From assembly GCA_965198545.1 (NCBI GenBank), contig CBDAPS010000003.1, positions 103,255 through 167,254 of the forward strand: a stretch of DNA of 64,000 bases, read 5' to 3'. This DNA is from Granulicella sp. GTDB lineage: Bacteria > Acidobacteriota > Terriglobia > Terriglobales > Acidobacteriaceae. The notes beneath the pieces were generated by a model that saw only the letters and a program-made list of their open reading frames with translations, was not told where the DNA came from and did no database searches. Positions 38,071 through 47,524 of the stretch are shown piece by piece (position 1 is the first letter of the stretch; every line of letters begins with the position of its first letter). A program made the position numbers and the translations under genes.

Positions 38071-38106
38071 GCGAGGGCGGCCTGCATCGGTGCAGGCCGC
38101 CCTCGC
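38071..38106. terminator. Intercistronic hairpin (terminator or mRNA stabiliser)
   Basis: GCGAGGGCGGCCTGCA-TCGG-TGCAGGCCGCCCTCGC, 16-bp stem. Confidence 0.7.
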
Positions 38107-38121
38107 GTTCTTACAACATGA

Positions 38122-41100
38122 CTAATAGATCAGCTTGAGCGCGAACTGCACCACACGCGGCGTGAAGGTGCTGCTGATAATGCCGCCGCCGGTGGGTGTG
38201 CCGGTGTTGGCCGTGGGCGCTCCGGTGCTGGTGTAAGCCTGCAGCGTGCCGGAAAGACCACTGGAGGGCAGATACAGGTTGGTGTGGTTGAAGACGTTGT
38301 ATAGCTCGGAGCGGAACTCCACCTTGAGACCCTCAATGGGAGTAGCGAAGCGCTTGTTGACGTCGAGGTCGAGTTCGTTGAGCTCCGGCGTGCGGCCGGG
38401 ATTGCGGCCTAGGTTGCCAAACGGCGAGAGGAACTGGCCTGTGGGGCCTTGGGTTGCCGGTAACTGGATGGCGTTGTAATTGACGTACTGGATGTAGCCC
38501 GTATTGGCCTGCTGAATGCTGCGGCCAAGCGTAAGAGGCTGACCGGCGACACTGTTGGGACGGTAGAGGTTGAGGCCGCGGTAGTTGGCGGTGATCTGCG
38601 TCGAGCCAAGCGAGGCCGAGTTGGGCGAGTAGGTGAGATTGAAGGGAGTGCCAGCTTGTGCGGTGTTGATCGCGGTGAGCTGCCAGCCACCCGCCACGGC
38701 ATCGAGGACAGGGTTCCAGTCATGGCCGAACTTGCGGCCACGGCCAAAGGGCAGGTTATAGATGAGGCTGGTGACGTTGGCGATTGGCAGGTTGTAGTCC
38801 GATTGCGAGTACTCGGCGCGAAGGTTCGTGGAGTCCTGCGGAGAAGGCGTGTTGCCTTCGAGCGAGGCGCTGGCGTTATCGAGCGAGTGCTCCCACGTGA
38901 AGCTGTTAAGGAGCGTGAGGCCAGCGACCATGCGCTGCTCATAGCGCACCTGCAAGGAGTTGTAGTTGGACATCGCCTCATTGAGAGCTTCGGTGATGTC
39001 CGAGGGCCAGGCAGTGAAGGGACGTGCGTAGACCGGAGTGTTGGTGGCGCCAACAGTGGTTGTGCCAACAATGTTGCGCTGGTTGCCGTTGATGATCTGC
39101 TGCAGCTTGAGGCCGTGGTTGCCGACGTACGCGATGTCGATCAGGGAATTCTTGAAGAGCTGGCGCTGGATGGCGAGGTAGTAGTTTTCCACGTAGCTGT
39201 CACGAGTATTGCGTGGCACCCAGGTGATGTTGTCAGTTGCCGGGTTGAAGTTGGTCGCGAGCGCGGATGGGAAGCCCTGGTCGGCGGTGACGTAGCAGCT
39301 TTCGGTAATGGACCCCACCGGAATGATCGAGGCAGGCAGCGGCGACGCACAGTGGTTCGTGGTGGTCGGAGCGATCTGGCTGACAGCGGCGAACTGGGCC
39401 TGCGGAGCGTTGATGGCGGCGATGTCGCCTGAACCAGCACGGGTGTAGTGTACGTAGCTGATCCCGAAGCCGCCGCGGACGGAGGTCTTTGGCGTTGCGG
39501 CGTAAGCGAAGCCGAGGCGCGGCGCGAAGTCGTTGAGGTCAGGATTGACGAGGGTGCTGCCGTAAACGCCACTGCCGCTGGTGGGAGTGATGCTGTTGGC
39601 GGCGACCGCACCGGGCGAGAGCGTGAGCACGGTCTGGGTCGTGGGATCCCAGTTGGAGACGTAGTTGTTCTTCTCGGAGTAGGGCGAACCGTATTCCCAG
39701 CGCAGACCGAGTGTCAGCGTGAGGTTGGGCAGGGCCTTCCAGTCATCCTGCGCATAGGCACTTTGCAGAGTCTGGCGGAGGTGGGCTTCGAAGTAGTTGG
39801 AGAGCGCATAGGCGCTGGTGGTGCCGAAAAGGAAGTCCGCGAAGTAGGTGTCAGCGACCTTGGTGGTGGAAAGATTGGTGGGTGTGCCGGTCGCAGCCGA
39901 GCAGGTGCCAACACCGGCGATCACCGTGCCGGCGACGCAGGCGCTGTAGCCGCCGCCGTAGGTCTGGGAGCCGTAGAGTGGGTTGTTGTCGAGAACGCCC
40001 ATCCAGACCTTTTCCCACTCATAGCCAAACTTGAATGAATGGTTTCCCTTGACCCAGGTGTAGTTGAGCTTGGGGTCGAGCAGGGAAGGGTTCTGGAACT
40101 GGGGGTTGGTCGTTTGCCGGCCGAAGCTGGTGAAACCGCCGGAGATGCCGATGGCAGGAAGGCCGCCAGCGAGATTCGATGCTGTGGGCAGGCCGGGGAT
40201 GTTGAAGTTGGTGGAACCGATGCTGAGCGGCGTCTTGCCAGCCTTGGTTTTGGAGACGCCGAGTCGAGCGTCAAGGACGCGATTAGAACCGAAGGTGCCG
40301 GTGTAGCCAACGGCGATCTGCTCATCGAGGATGCGTTGCGGGCCGGAGCTTTGGCCGTCAAGCGGCTCAACGATGGTGTTGAAGTTGGTGCCGGTTTCCT
40401 TGCGATCGCTTACGCGGATAAAGTACCGCGAGGTAGCGTTAGGCACATAGTCGAGACGAAGGTCACCTTTGTCGGAGTACTGCTTGAAGGGCACCAGGAC
40501 CGAGTAGTCGTTGGTGTTGACACCCGTGGCTGCCGCACCTGTGCCGGGCAGGCCGGCGATGGTCTTGAAGACGTTGAGGATCTGCTGCGAGAGTGGATTG
40601 ATGGCAGCAGCGGGGATCGGTGATCCGGCCGCGTACGTCATACCGGTGATGGGGTTGCGGACGGGCACGACGAGCGTGCCGTTCAACTCGTTCGTGGTGG
40701 GCAACGTAAGCGCGAAGAGCGGCTTGGTGATGCTTCGCAGGCCTTCGTAGTCGAGGAAGAAAAAGAGTTTGTCCTTGATGATGGGACCGCTGAAGTTGCC
40801 ACCGAACTGATTACGGTTGGTGGTGGGCTTCTGGAACGGGACGTTGCCGCTGGTTCCGGTGAGCGTGGGCTTGAAGAAGCCCCCGGCGTTCAAATCCGTG
40901 TTGCGAAGAAAGTCATACGCCGTGGCGTGGAACTTGTTGCCGCCGGAGAGCGAGGCGACGTTGATGGTGGCGCCGGAGCTGCGGCCGTACTCGGCGCTCT
41001 CATTGTTGGTGACGACGCTGAACTGGGCGACGGAGTCAGGCGGGACGGAGATGATCTGGTTGTCGAAGCCCTGATTCGACTCGCCGTAGGAGTTGTTGTC

Positions 41101-41733
41101 CATGCCGTCAAGGATGAAGTTGTTGAAGACGGAGCGCTGGCCGTTGACGTTGTAAGCGCCCTGGCGGACCTCGGCATTGAGGTTGCTGGAGGTGGTGGCG
41201 GCGGTAGGCGCCTGGCGCACGCCGGTGACGGTGGCCAGAAGGTCGGTGTAGTTGCGGTTGACCAAGGGGAGGCCCTCGGTCTGCTCGTTGGTGATGGTCT
41301 GGTCGCGCTGGCTCGATTCGGTCTGGATCTGAAGGGCCACGTCGCTGACTTCGACGGTGGTCTCCGTGGTGCCGATCTTCAGGCCGAGATCGATGCGCTG
41401 GCGATTGCCGACCGAGACGGTGATGTTCTTCGCCACAGCGCTGGAGAAGCCTGGGGCGGTGGCGGTGACGGTGTACACACCTACACGGAGCTGGGGCACG
41501 TCATAGTTGCCTTCCCCGTCGGTCTTGGTAGTGCTGGTGGAACCGGTGACCGTGTTGACGACCTGGATGTCGGCGTTAGGAACAGGCGCGCCGCTGGCGT
41601 CGCGGATGGTGCCGAGGAGGCTTCCGTTTTCATATTGCGCATGCGCAGAGGTAGCGAGAGTGCTTAGGGCTATGCCTGTAACAGGAACAAGGCACAGCGA
41701 GAGCACAAGGGTGCGGCATAAGGATGTCGGCAT
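38122..41733 (-). CDS. Oar-type TonB-dependent receptor
   Basis: Signal peptide ending AHAQ, CarboxypepD_reg domain, LPLVNRNY, LDGMDNN, QDDWK, C-terminal PRVVQFALKLIY. Confidence 0.92.
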   Translation of the reverse strand: MPTSLCRTLVLSLCLVPVTGIALSTLATSAHAQYENGSLLGTIRDASGAPVPNADIQVVNTVTGSTSTTKTDGEGNYDVPQLRVGVYTVTATAPGFSSAVAKNITVSVGNRQRIDLGLKIGTTETTVEVSDVALQIQTESSQRDQTITNEQTEGLPLVNRNYTDLLATVTGVRQAPTAATTSSNLNAEVRQGAYNVNGQRSVFNNFILDGMDNNSYGESNQGFDNQIISVPPDSVAQFSVVTNNESAEYGRSSGATINVASLSGGNKFHATAYDFLRNTDLNAGGFFKPTLTGTSGNVPFQKPTTNRNQFGGNFSGPIIKDKLFFFLDYEGLRSITKPLFALTLPTTNELNGTLVVPVRNPITGMTYAAGSPIPAAAINPLSQQILNVFKTIAGLPGTGAAATGVNTNDYSVLVPFKQYSDKGDLRLDYVPNATSRYFIRVSDRKETGTNFNTIVEPLDGQSSGPQRILDEQIAVGYTGTFGSNRVLDARLGVSKTKAGKTPLSIGSTNFNIPGLPTASNLAGGLPAIGISGGFTSFGRQTTNPQFQNPSLLDPKLNYTWVKGNHSFKFGYEWEKVWMGVLDNNPLYGSQTYGGGYSACVAGTVIAGVGTCSAATGTPTNLSTTKVADTYFADFLFGTTSAYALSNYFEAHLRQTLQSAYAQDDWKALPNLTLTLGLRWEYGSPYSEKNNYVSNWDPTTQTVLTLSPGAVAANSITPTSGSGVYGSTLVNPDLNDFAPRLGFAYAATPKTSVRGGFGISYVHYTRAGSGDIAAINAPQAQFAAVSQIAPTTTNHCASPLPASIIPVGSITESCYVTADQGFPSALATNFNPATDNITWVPRNTRDSYVENYYLAIQRQLFKNSLIDIAYVGNHGLKLQQIINGNQRNIVGTTTVGATNTPVYARPFTAWPSDITEALNEAMSNYNSLQVRYEQRMVAGLTLLNSFTWEHSLDNASASLEGNTPSPQDSTNLRAEYSQSDYNLPIANVTSLIYNLPFGRGRKFGHDWNPVLDAVAGGWQLTAINTAQAGTPFNLTYSPNSASLGSTQITANYRGLNLYRPNSVAGQPLTLGRSIQQANTGYIQYVNYNAIQLPATQGPTGQFLSPFGNLGRNPGRTPELNELDLDVNKRFATPIEGLKVEFRSELYNVFNHTNLYLPSSGLSGTLQAYTSTGAPTANTGTPTGGGIISSTFTPRVVQFALKLIY

Positions 41734-41801
41734 GGGTGTAGTCAAACCTATGAATGTAACAGCGGGATGAATCTACCATGACTTCCCGATGTATGGCGAG
41801 C

Positions 41802-41815
41802 CGTTAGCGCTAACG
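41802..41815. promoter_or_regulatory. LacI-family operator-like palindrome
   Basis: Perfect CGTTAGCGCTAACG about 70 bp upstream of the receptor start; central AGCGCT is typical of LacI/GalR sites. Confidence 0.65.
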
Positions 41816-41993
41816 CGGTTGTCTGCATTTCCACAGGTCGTGCCCGGGTGCAGGAGTGTGCGGCATAGAAGTGTGCACGAGTATCGGGCCACAACAGGAG
41901 GGATGGATCTCGCAATTGCCTTCGGCGAACGGCGTTACGGCCCAGGCGGCTGCGGACAAGCTGAAGAGCCAACCGTAACGCGGAGGCACAGAT

Positions 41994-42461
41994 TCACAGC
42001 AGTAGGGCGCAGAGTGTTGCGATCGTTGCCGTGTGGAGGAGAATGTGCGCTGTGTTTGGCACGATGCCGTTTCGCCGCGGCAGGAATGAGTGCGTATTTG
42101 CGAACATGCGGCGGTACCGCTCAGCGCGCGTTGGATCTGGACGAAGCAGGTACGGCACCCACCATGCTTGCAGTTGGCCGAGGAGCAAAATGGCATAGCT
42201 GATGAAGAGATACCAGAGCAGCCAGCCGGGATAATGACCGCCGAGATGGATGATGCTGTAGAGCAGACCGAACGCGAAAGGTACGGTCTGGATGAGCGTA
42301 ACGACCACGAGCCGGGCGGTGGTGTCTTCCCTGCGTACCGCTCGGACGTCGTTCAAACGGCCCAGCGGCAACCAGTCATGGGTCGCAAGGAAGAGCACCT
42401 GAATCAATTGCAGGCCGGCGAGTGCGGCTTGTCGCGTTGGGGAAAGTTCTGGGAACAGCAT
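41994..42461 (-). CDS. Hypothetical membrane protein
   Basis: Four hydrophobic segments; HDW.PLG.LND, WWVPY, PNTAH motifs; 4 bp after the upstream stop. Confidence 0.75.
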   Translation of the reverse strand: MLFPELSPTRQAALAGLQLIQVLFLATHDWLPLGRLNDVRAVRREDTTARLVVVTLIQTVPFAFGLLYSIIHLGGHYPGWLLWYLFISYAILLLGQLQAWWVPYLLRPDPTRAERYRRMFANTHSFLPRRNGIVPNTAHILLHTATIATLCALLL

Positions 42462-42465
42462 GAGT

Positions 42466-45400
42466 TTACTTGTTGCTCGTCACGTCCATGGAGTTGTCGT
42501 CGAGATTGCGGTCGATGAGTTTGTTGAAGGGGTCGATACCTGCTTTTGTGGGCGCTTCATTGACCACGAACTCAAAAGTCTGCTTCCCGCCAGTGATGCG
42601 TTCCTTGCGGATGCTCAGCGGTTTTTCGGAGCCTTTGGGACCGCTTAGAACGCCGACGTCGATCATGTCGTTGAGCGGGGCTGGGGTTTCCACGCCGTCG
42701 CCGTTGGCGTATGACTTCTTGCCTTCAATCGTGAGGACTACCTTGTACTTGCCGTCGGCCTGCTTCTGCGAGGTGGCGGTAACGGCCTTGTTGTCATAGA
42801 GCGTAATCTTCTCAAAGCTGTCGTCGATGAAGTATTGGAGATCGGGGGGCGTCTGCTCGCGAAGCGCGGCTTCCAGGTCGCGAGTGTCGGGGTAAGGGCC
42901 AGATTTCGAGTCGTCGGCATTGGTATAGCGCCTAGCCATCAGGAAGTTGTGCAACGCGAGATTGACCTTGTCTTCGCCGATGTAGTCGGAGAGAGCGTAC
43001 ATCACCAGCGCTCCCTTTTGGTACCAGACATACTGCTCGCGTTGGACGAGGGCGAGCGGCGGTTCCTTGCGGGTTTCGCCGGAACGGCCGCGCAGGTAGC
43101 CGTCGAGTTCGTGCGAAAGGAACTTGTGCATCTGCGCATCGCCGTACTTCTTTTCCGCGACGCGCAGTGCCGAGTACTCGGCGAGGGACTCCGACATCAT
43201 GTTGGAGCCGGCGACCCGGCCGCCGATCAACTGATGCGCCCACCACTGATGCGCCAGTTCATGGGCGGTGACAAAGTAGGTGAAGTCGATATCCTTCTGT
43301 GCGTTGAGCACGCGCTGGAGGAAAAAGGTTTCGGTGAATGGCGAGGTGTTGGGGAAGGACTGCGCAAAGTTTCGATAACGTGGGAATTCGATGATGCGGA
43401 ACTGGCCGAACTGGAAAGGGCTGTAGTTGGCCTGGTAATAATCGAGGCCACCGCGAACGCCTTCCATCATGTCATCGACGCCCCAGGAGTGATGCTTGTC
43501 GTAATAGACCTCGATATTGGTTCCCTTGTAGTTCTGCTTCCTCACCTCGTAGCGGCCTGAGATGAAGTTGAAGAAGTCGAGAATCTTGACCTGGCCCATA
43601 TCGTAGGCGAAGTAGTGGCGGCCGTTCTGGCGCCAGTCGCGCTGGAGATAGCCGGGGGAGAGCACGATCTGGTCGTCTGGCGTGCTGACGACTGTTTTGT
43701 AGGTAATCCAGTCGGCAGGTGGGACGAACAGGTTGGTGACGCTGCCATAGGCATCGCCGCGAGCGGGCAAATCCGTGACGGGGCCAAGGCCTTCTTCGCG
43801 GCGGCGGCGCGGATCGTCCAGCTCGTTGCCGCTGTTGTAGCCAATCCATGGGAAGTAATCGGAATCGAAGAACATGCCGTTGTAGGCCAGTTCCGGGCGC
43901 TCGTTGCCGTCGCGAAAGCCGCGGCTCTGGTAGCCGACGTGGAACGTCATGTTCATGGTTTCGCCGGGCTGCAAAGGGCTGTCGAGCTGATAGATCGAGT
44001 AGAGATCGCGCGGCTCGCGGCTGACCAGATGAAACGGGCGGTCGAACGCGACGTTGCTTACGGACTGCTTGCTGTCCGTGATGTGGATCTGGGTGATGGG
44101 AACGGATGTCTTGTTCTGCAACAAGTAATGCCCCGTCCCGGTAAACGAGCGATGGTCCGGATCAAGGTCTATGTTGGAGTCAACCGCGAGTACCTTGGGT
44201 AGCGGTAGTTGTTCGTACTTCTTGAAGTCTTTTTCGTACTTGGCCTGGATCTTGCGCTGGGCCTTAGTGCTGAGGAACTCGTTGAGGACGTGCGTGTTGT
44301 AGAAGTACCAGGCGCCGCTGCCGATTGCGATCACGACAAGGATGACGATGGCCGGCGTGAGTGCGGGCAGGCGCCGCTTTGCCAGGGACCAGCGGAGTTG
44401 CCAGCCATCTTCAGAACCTCGGCGTGTGAGCGCAATGGAAAGCACGCCGAGCACGGCGAAGATAGCCGTCCAATAGACGTTGGACCACAGCAGAGCCGCG
44501 ACGAAGTGGCCGTAGCGGTTCATGTCAGAGAAGGTGTACGGCGGCAGCCAGCCGGGCAGCAGCAACGTATTTTCCAGGCCTTGCCGGAAGAGCACCGGTG
44601 CGATGACGAAGATGCCGATCATGATCGCGTGGCCGATGAACTTGTTGGGGATGACGGTCTGCACGAACATAGCGAGCAGGATGAAACCAAAGACGCCGGC
44701 GAAGACGATGAGATAGAGCTCCTGACCGTATTGCAGGAGGTCGTACTGGTGGAAGCCCTGAACGGTCTGCATGATGAGGCCGCAGAAACCGGCGACGGTG
44801 ATGAGCACCAGTTCAACGAAGCTGACCGCGGCAAGCTTGCTGAGCCAGTCGGTGGTTTCGCGCATAGGCAGCGCGTCATGGATGCCGCTGAAGCGCGTGT
44901 CGCGCTCGCGCCATATGAGCTCTGCCGCGTAGAGCGTGGCGACGATGTAGAGGAATAGCGTCGCATTGCCTTCGACGGCACTCAGCATCAGGAAGGTGGT
45001 GGGATAGACGTTGGCGTCCGAACGATGGCCGGCGAAGTAGCCGTTGACGATGGCGAAGAAGACGAGCAACACCGTGATGGCCCAGAAGGGCAGCTCATGC
45101 GTGATGTTGCTGATACGGATTCGCGTCAGCGAGATGAACTGCTGCCACTGGATGCCACGGCCGAAGTTCTGTTTCACGCTGGGCAGGGCCGCGGCCACCA
45201 GCGAGCGGCGGCGTGGCGCTTCTACGGCTTCTTCTTCTTTCTTTGCCCTGGCGGCGCGGCGGCCTTGTGATTGCGCCGTTAGAGCTTCGACCGACATGGG
45301 GAAGAAGCGATAGACGGCGAGGAGAGCGAGGCAGCCGACGCCTGCCCACAGCAAGCGGTTGATGAGGAAGACTCCCTGGCTGACGTGTGGCGACCACGAG

Positions 45401-46107
45401 AGGAGCAGATCGTTCTTTTCGACCACGGTCCAGTAGCGTGTTAGGACATCGACCAATTGAAGGCCGACTGGATCGAAGATGCCGGACCAGTAGTGCTCCA
45501 GCGAACGGGTGGCGGAGAAGACGGCAGTGCCCAGCAGGTAGAGGATGAAGAGCGCGACGCCCTGCAGGTAGACGATGAAGATCTTGCGGGAGAGCGCGGC
45601 GACCAGGAAGAAGATTGAGCCGAGGAAGAAGATCTGGATAACGACGATGGAGAAGAACGGCTGCAGATACCAGCCAGGATGGCCGTGCACGATGCGCGTG
45701 TGATCAGCCCACGGGGCGAAGGTTCCGGCGGCTTCGCCGAAGACCATGCCGGAGAAGGCGAAGACGCAGGCGACGAACGAGCCAGCCCAGCGTCCGCCGA
45801 GATAGGCGAACTTGGTAATGGGCTTGGTGAAGATCAGCTGGAAAGTGTCGCGCTGGAAGTCGCGAAGGATGGACGTGCCGAAGATGGCCGCGATGACGAT
45901 GGTGCCGAAGAGGCAAAAGAAAGCATAAAGCGAACTCGTCGCATAGGGTCCGTTGAGCAGAACCTTGCCATTGCCGGTGGTGATGAAGTCTTCAGCGGCG
46001 ATGGCCATGAAGGCCAGCAGGAACCAAAGGCCGAAGTAGACGTACGTGGACAGGCTTTTGAACCGGAACTTGAGTTCGAAGAAGAAGAACTCCAGAAAGA
46101 GCGGCAT
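42466..46107 (-). CDS. ABC permease / M1 aminopeptidase fusion
   Basis: Two ABC-2-type TM blocks followed by HELAHQWW...SESLAEY zinc motif and YQKG; GGAGA RBS. Confidence 0.9.
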   Translation of the reverse strand: MPLFLEFFFFELKFRFKSLSTYVYFGLWFLLAFMAIAAEDFITTGNGKVLLNGPYATSSLYAFFCLFGTIVIAAIFGTSILRDFQRDTFQLIFTKPITKFAYLGGRWAGSFVACVFAFSGMVFGEAAGTFAPWADHTRIVHGHPGWYLQPFFSIVVIQIFFLGSIFFLVAALSRKIFIVYLQGVALFILYLLGTAVFSATRSLEHYWSGIFDPVGLQLVDVLTRYWTVVEKNDLLLSWSPHVSQGVFLINRLLWAGVGCLALLAVYRFFPMSVEALTAQSQGRRAARAKKEEEAVEAPRRRSLVAAALPSVKQNFGRGIQWQQFISLTRIRISNITHELPFWAITVLLVFFAIVNGYFAGHRSDANVYPTTFLMLSAVEGNATLFLYIVATLYAAELIWRERDTRFSGIHDALPMRETTDWLSKLAAVSFVELVLITVAGFCGLIMQTVQGFHQYDLLQYGQELYLIVFAGVFGFILLAMFVQTVIPNKFIGHAIMIGIFVIAPVLFRQGLENTLLLPGWLPPYTFSDMNRYGHFVAALLWSNVYWTAIFAVLGVLSIALTRRGSEDGWQLRWSLAKRRLPALTPAIVILVVIAIGSGAWYFYNTHVLNEFLSTKAQRKIQAKYEKDFKKYEQLPLPKVLAVDSNIDLDPDHRSFTGTGHYLLQNKTSVPITQIHITDSKQSVSNVAFDRPFHLVSREPRDLYSIYQLDSPLQPGETMNMTFHVGYQSRGFRDGNERPELAYNGMFFDSDYFPWIGYNSGNELDDPRRRREEGLGPVTDLPARGDAYGSVTNLFVPPADWITYKTVVSTPDDQIVLSPGYLQRDWRQNGRHYFAYDMGQVKILDFFNFISGRYEVRKQNYKGTNIEVYYDKHHSWGVDDMMEGVRGGLDYYQANYSPFQFGQFRIIEFPRYRNFAQSFPNTSPFTETFFLQRVLNAQKDIDFTYFVTAHELAHQWWAHQLIGGRVAGSNMMSESLAEYSALRVAEKKYGDAQMHKFLSHELDGYLRGRSGETRKEPPLALVQREQYVWYQKGALVMYALSDYIGEDKVNLALHNFLMARRYTNADDSKSGPYPDTRDLEAALREQTPPDLQYFIDDSFEKITLYDNKAVTATSQKQADGKYKVVLTIEGKKSYANGDGVETPAPLNDMIDVGVLSGPKGSEKPLSIRKERITGGKQTFEFVVNEAPTKAGIDPFNKLIDRNLDDNSMDVTSNK

Positions 46108-46150
46108 CGCGAAATCTCCAGAAGAAGCGGCGTGTATGGGGCGCTTGTGC

Positions 46151-47041
46151 TTAAGCGGCGGCGCGATGGCCTTGCTGTTCAAGCTGCCGGAAGTAGACGT
46201 CTTCAAGGCCGGCTTCCACGTGGCGGAAGCCTTCGCCCGGTGAGCTTTCCGCGTAGACGCGGACCTCATGCTTGCCGCCGATCAGATGGCTGGAGACCAC
46301 CTTGTGGTCCGTTTCGAGCGACGCCAGTTCGCTGTCGGTTTCCACGACTTTGGACCAGATGCGGCCTTCCAGGGCGGCGAGAGCTTCGTGCGGCGAGGCT
46401 TCAAGCAGGACTTCGCCGGCGGCGATGATGGCCATGCGGGAGCAAAGTTCGCGAACGTCTTCCACGATGTGGGTGGAGAGGATCACGGTGACCTCGCGGC
46501 CGATGGAGGAAAGAAGATTGAGAAAACGGTTGCGCTCGGCGGGATCGAGCCCGGCGGTGGGCTCGTCCACGATGATGAGGCGCGGTTTGCCGAGCAACGC
46601 CTGGGCGATGCCGAAGCGCTGCTTCATGCCGCCGGAGTAGGTGCTGAGAGCCTTTTTGCGGAAGTCCCAGAGGTTGGTTTGCTGGAGCAGGGCGTCGACG
46701 ACTTCCTTGCGCTCGCCGGGGTTGGTGATTCCTTTCATCACGGCGAGGTGCTGCAACATGTCGAGCGCGCTCATCTTGGGGTACACGCCAAACTCCTGCG
46801 GCAGATAGCCGAGTGTTTGCCGAACCGCATTCTTCTGCTTGAGCACGTCGATGCCATCGAGGAAGATCTCCCCGCTATCGGGTTCCTGCAGGGTGGCGAT
46901 GGTGCGCATCAGCGAGCTTTTCCCTGCCCCGTTGGGGCCGAGCAGGCCGAACATGTTGTTGCCTATGCTGAGCGACACGTTCTTGAGTGCCTGAACGCCG
47001 TTGGGATAGGTCTTGGAAAGACCGGTGACGGTTAGCGCCAT
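46151..47041 (-). CDS. ABC transporter ATP-binding protein
   Basis: GPNGAGKS, YSGGMKQ, IIVDEPTAGLD, STH. Confidence 0.95.
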   Translation of the reverse strand: MALTVTGLSKTYPNGVQALKNVSLSIGNNMFGLLGPNGAGKSSLMRTIATLQEPDSGEIFLDGIDVLKQKNAVRQTLGYLPQEFGVYPKMSALDMLQHLAVMKGITNPGERKEVVDALLQQTNLWDFRKKALSTYSGGMKQRFGIAQALLGKPRLIIVDEPTAGLDPAERNRFLNLLSSIGREVTVILSTHIVEDVRELCSRMAIIAAGEVLLEASPHEALAALEGRIWSKVVETDSELASLETDHKVVSSHLIGGKHEVRVYAESSPGEGFRHVEAGLEDVYFRQLEQQGHRAAA

Positions 47042-47319
47042 TGCCGTGTGTCTCCTAGTGCTGAATTAAGCCTGAAAGGGTGAGGACAATCTACCACGCA
47101 GTACGCACTCTACGGCTCGTTAGTTCATTGTTAGGTGGCGCATTTCGCTGTGTGCGCCTCAGCGGCTTCCCTGATTGAGCGAGAGCTCGGTAACCACACG
47201 CTCGCTCTTTGGGTCACATTTCCGGGTAACGGACGTGGGACGAAAACAGGCCCGCAAAGCAGCTTCCGCAGCATTGCGTGGAATCCTATGCTCATGATTC
47301 GCAATGGGGTGGTGGGACG

Positions 47320-47493
47320 ATGATGGGTGAGTTCTTTTCCAGCGAGGCTCGTCAGCGGCTGGTGGAGTACACGCTGATGTGCGCGGTGGTGGGCCTGATT
47401 ACGGTGATGGCCATACGAGTGATCGATGAACAGATCGTGCGGATGTTCGCGCAGATCAATGACGCGATCCTGGGCAACATCGGGCAGGGTTGA
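47320..47493 (+). CDS. Flp-family type IVb pilin-like peptide (atypical cleavage site)
   Basis: 57 aa; QRLVEY followed by a hydrophobic helix and an amphipathic tail. Confidence 0.6.
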   Translation: MMGEFFSSEARQRLVEYTLMCAVVGLITVMAIRVIDEQIVRMFAQINDAILGNIGQG

Positions 47494-47524
47494 CGGGTGC
47501 TGCAACCGCAAGCGAACTGACAGA

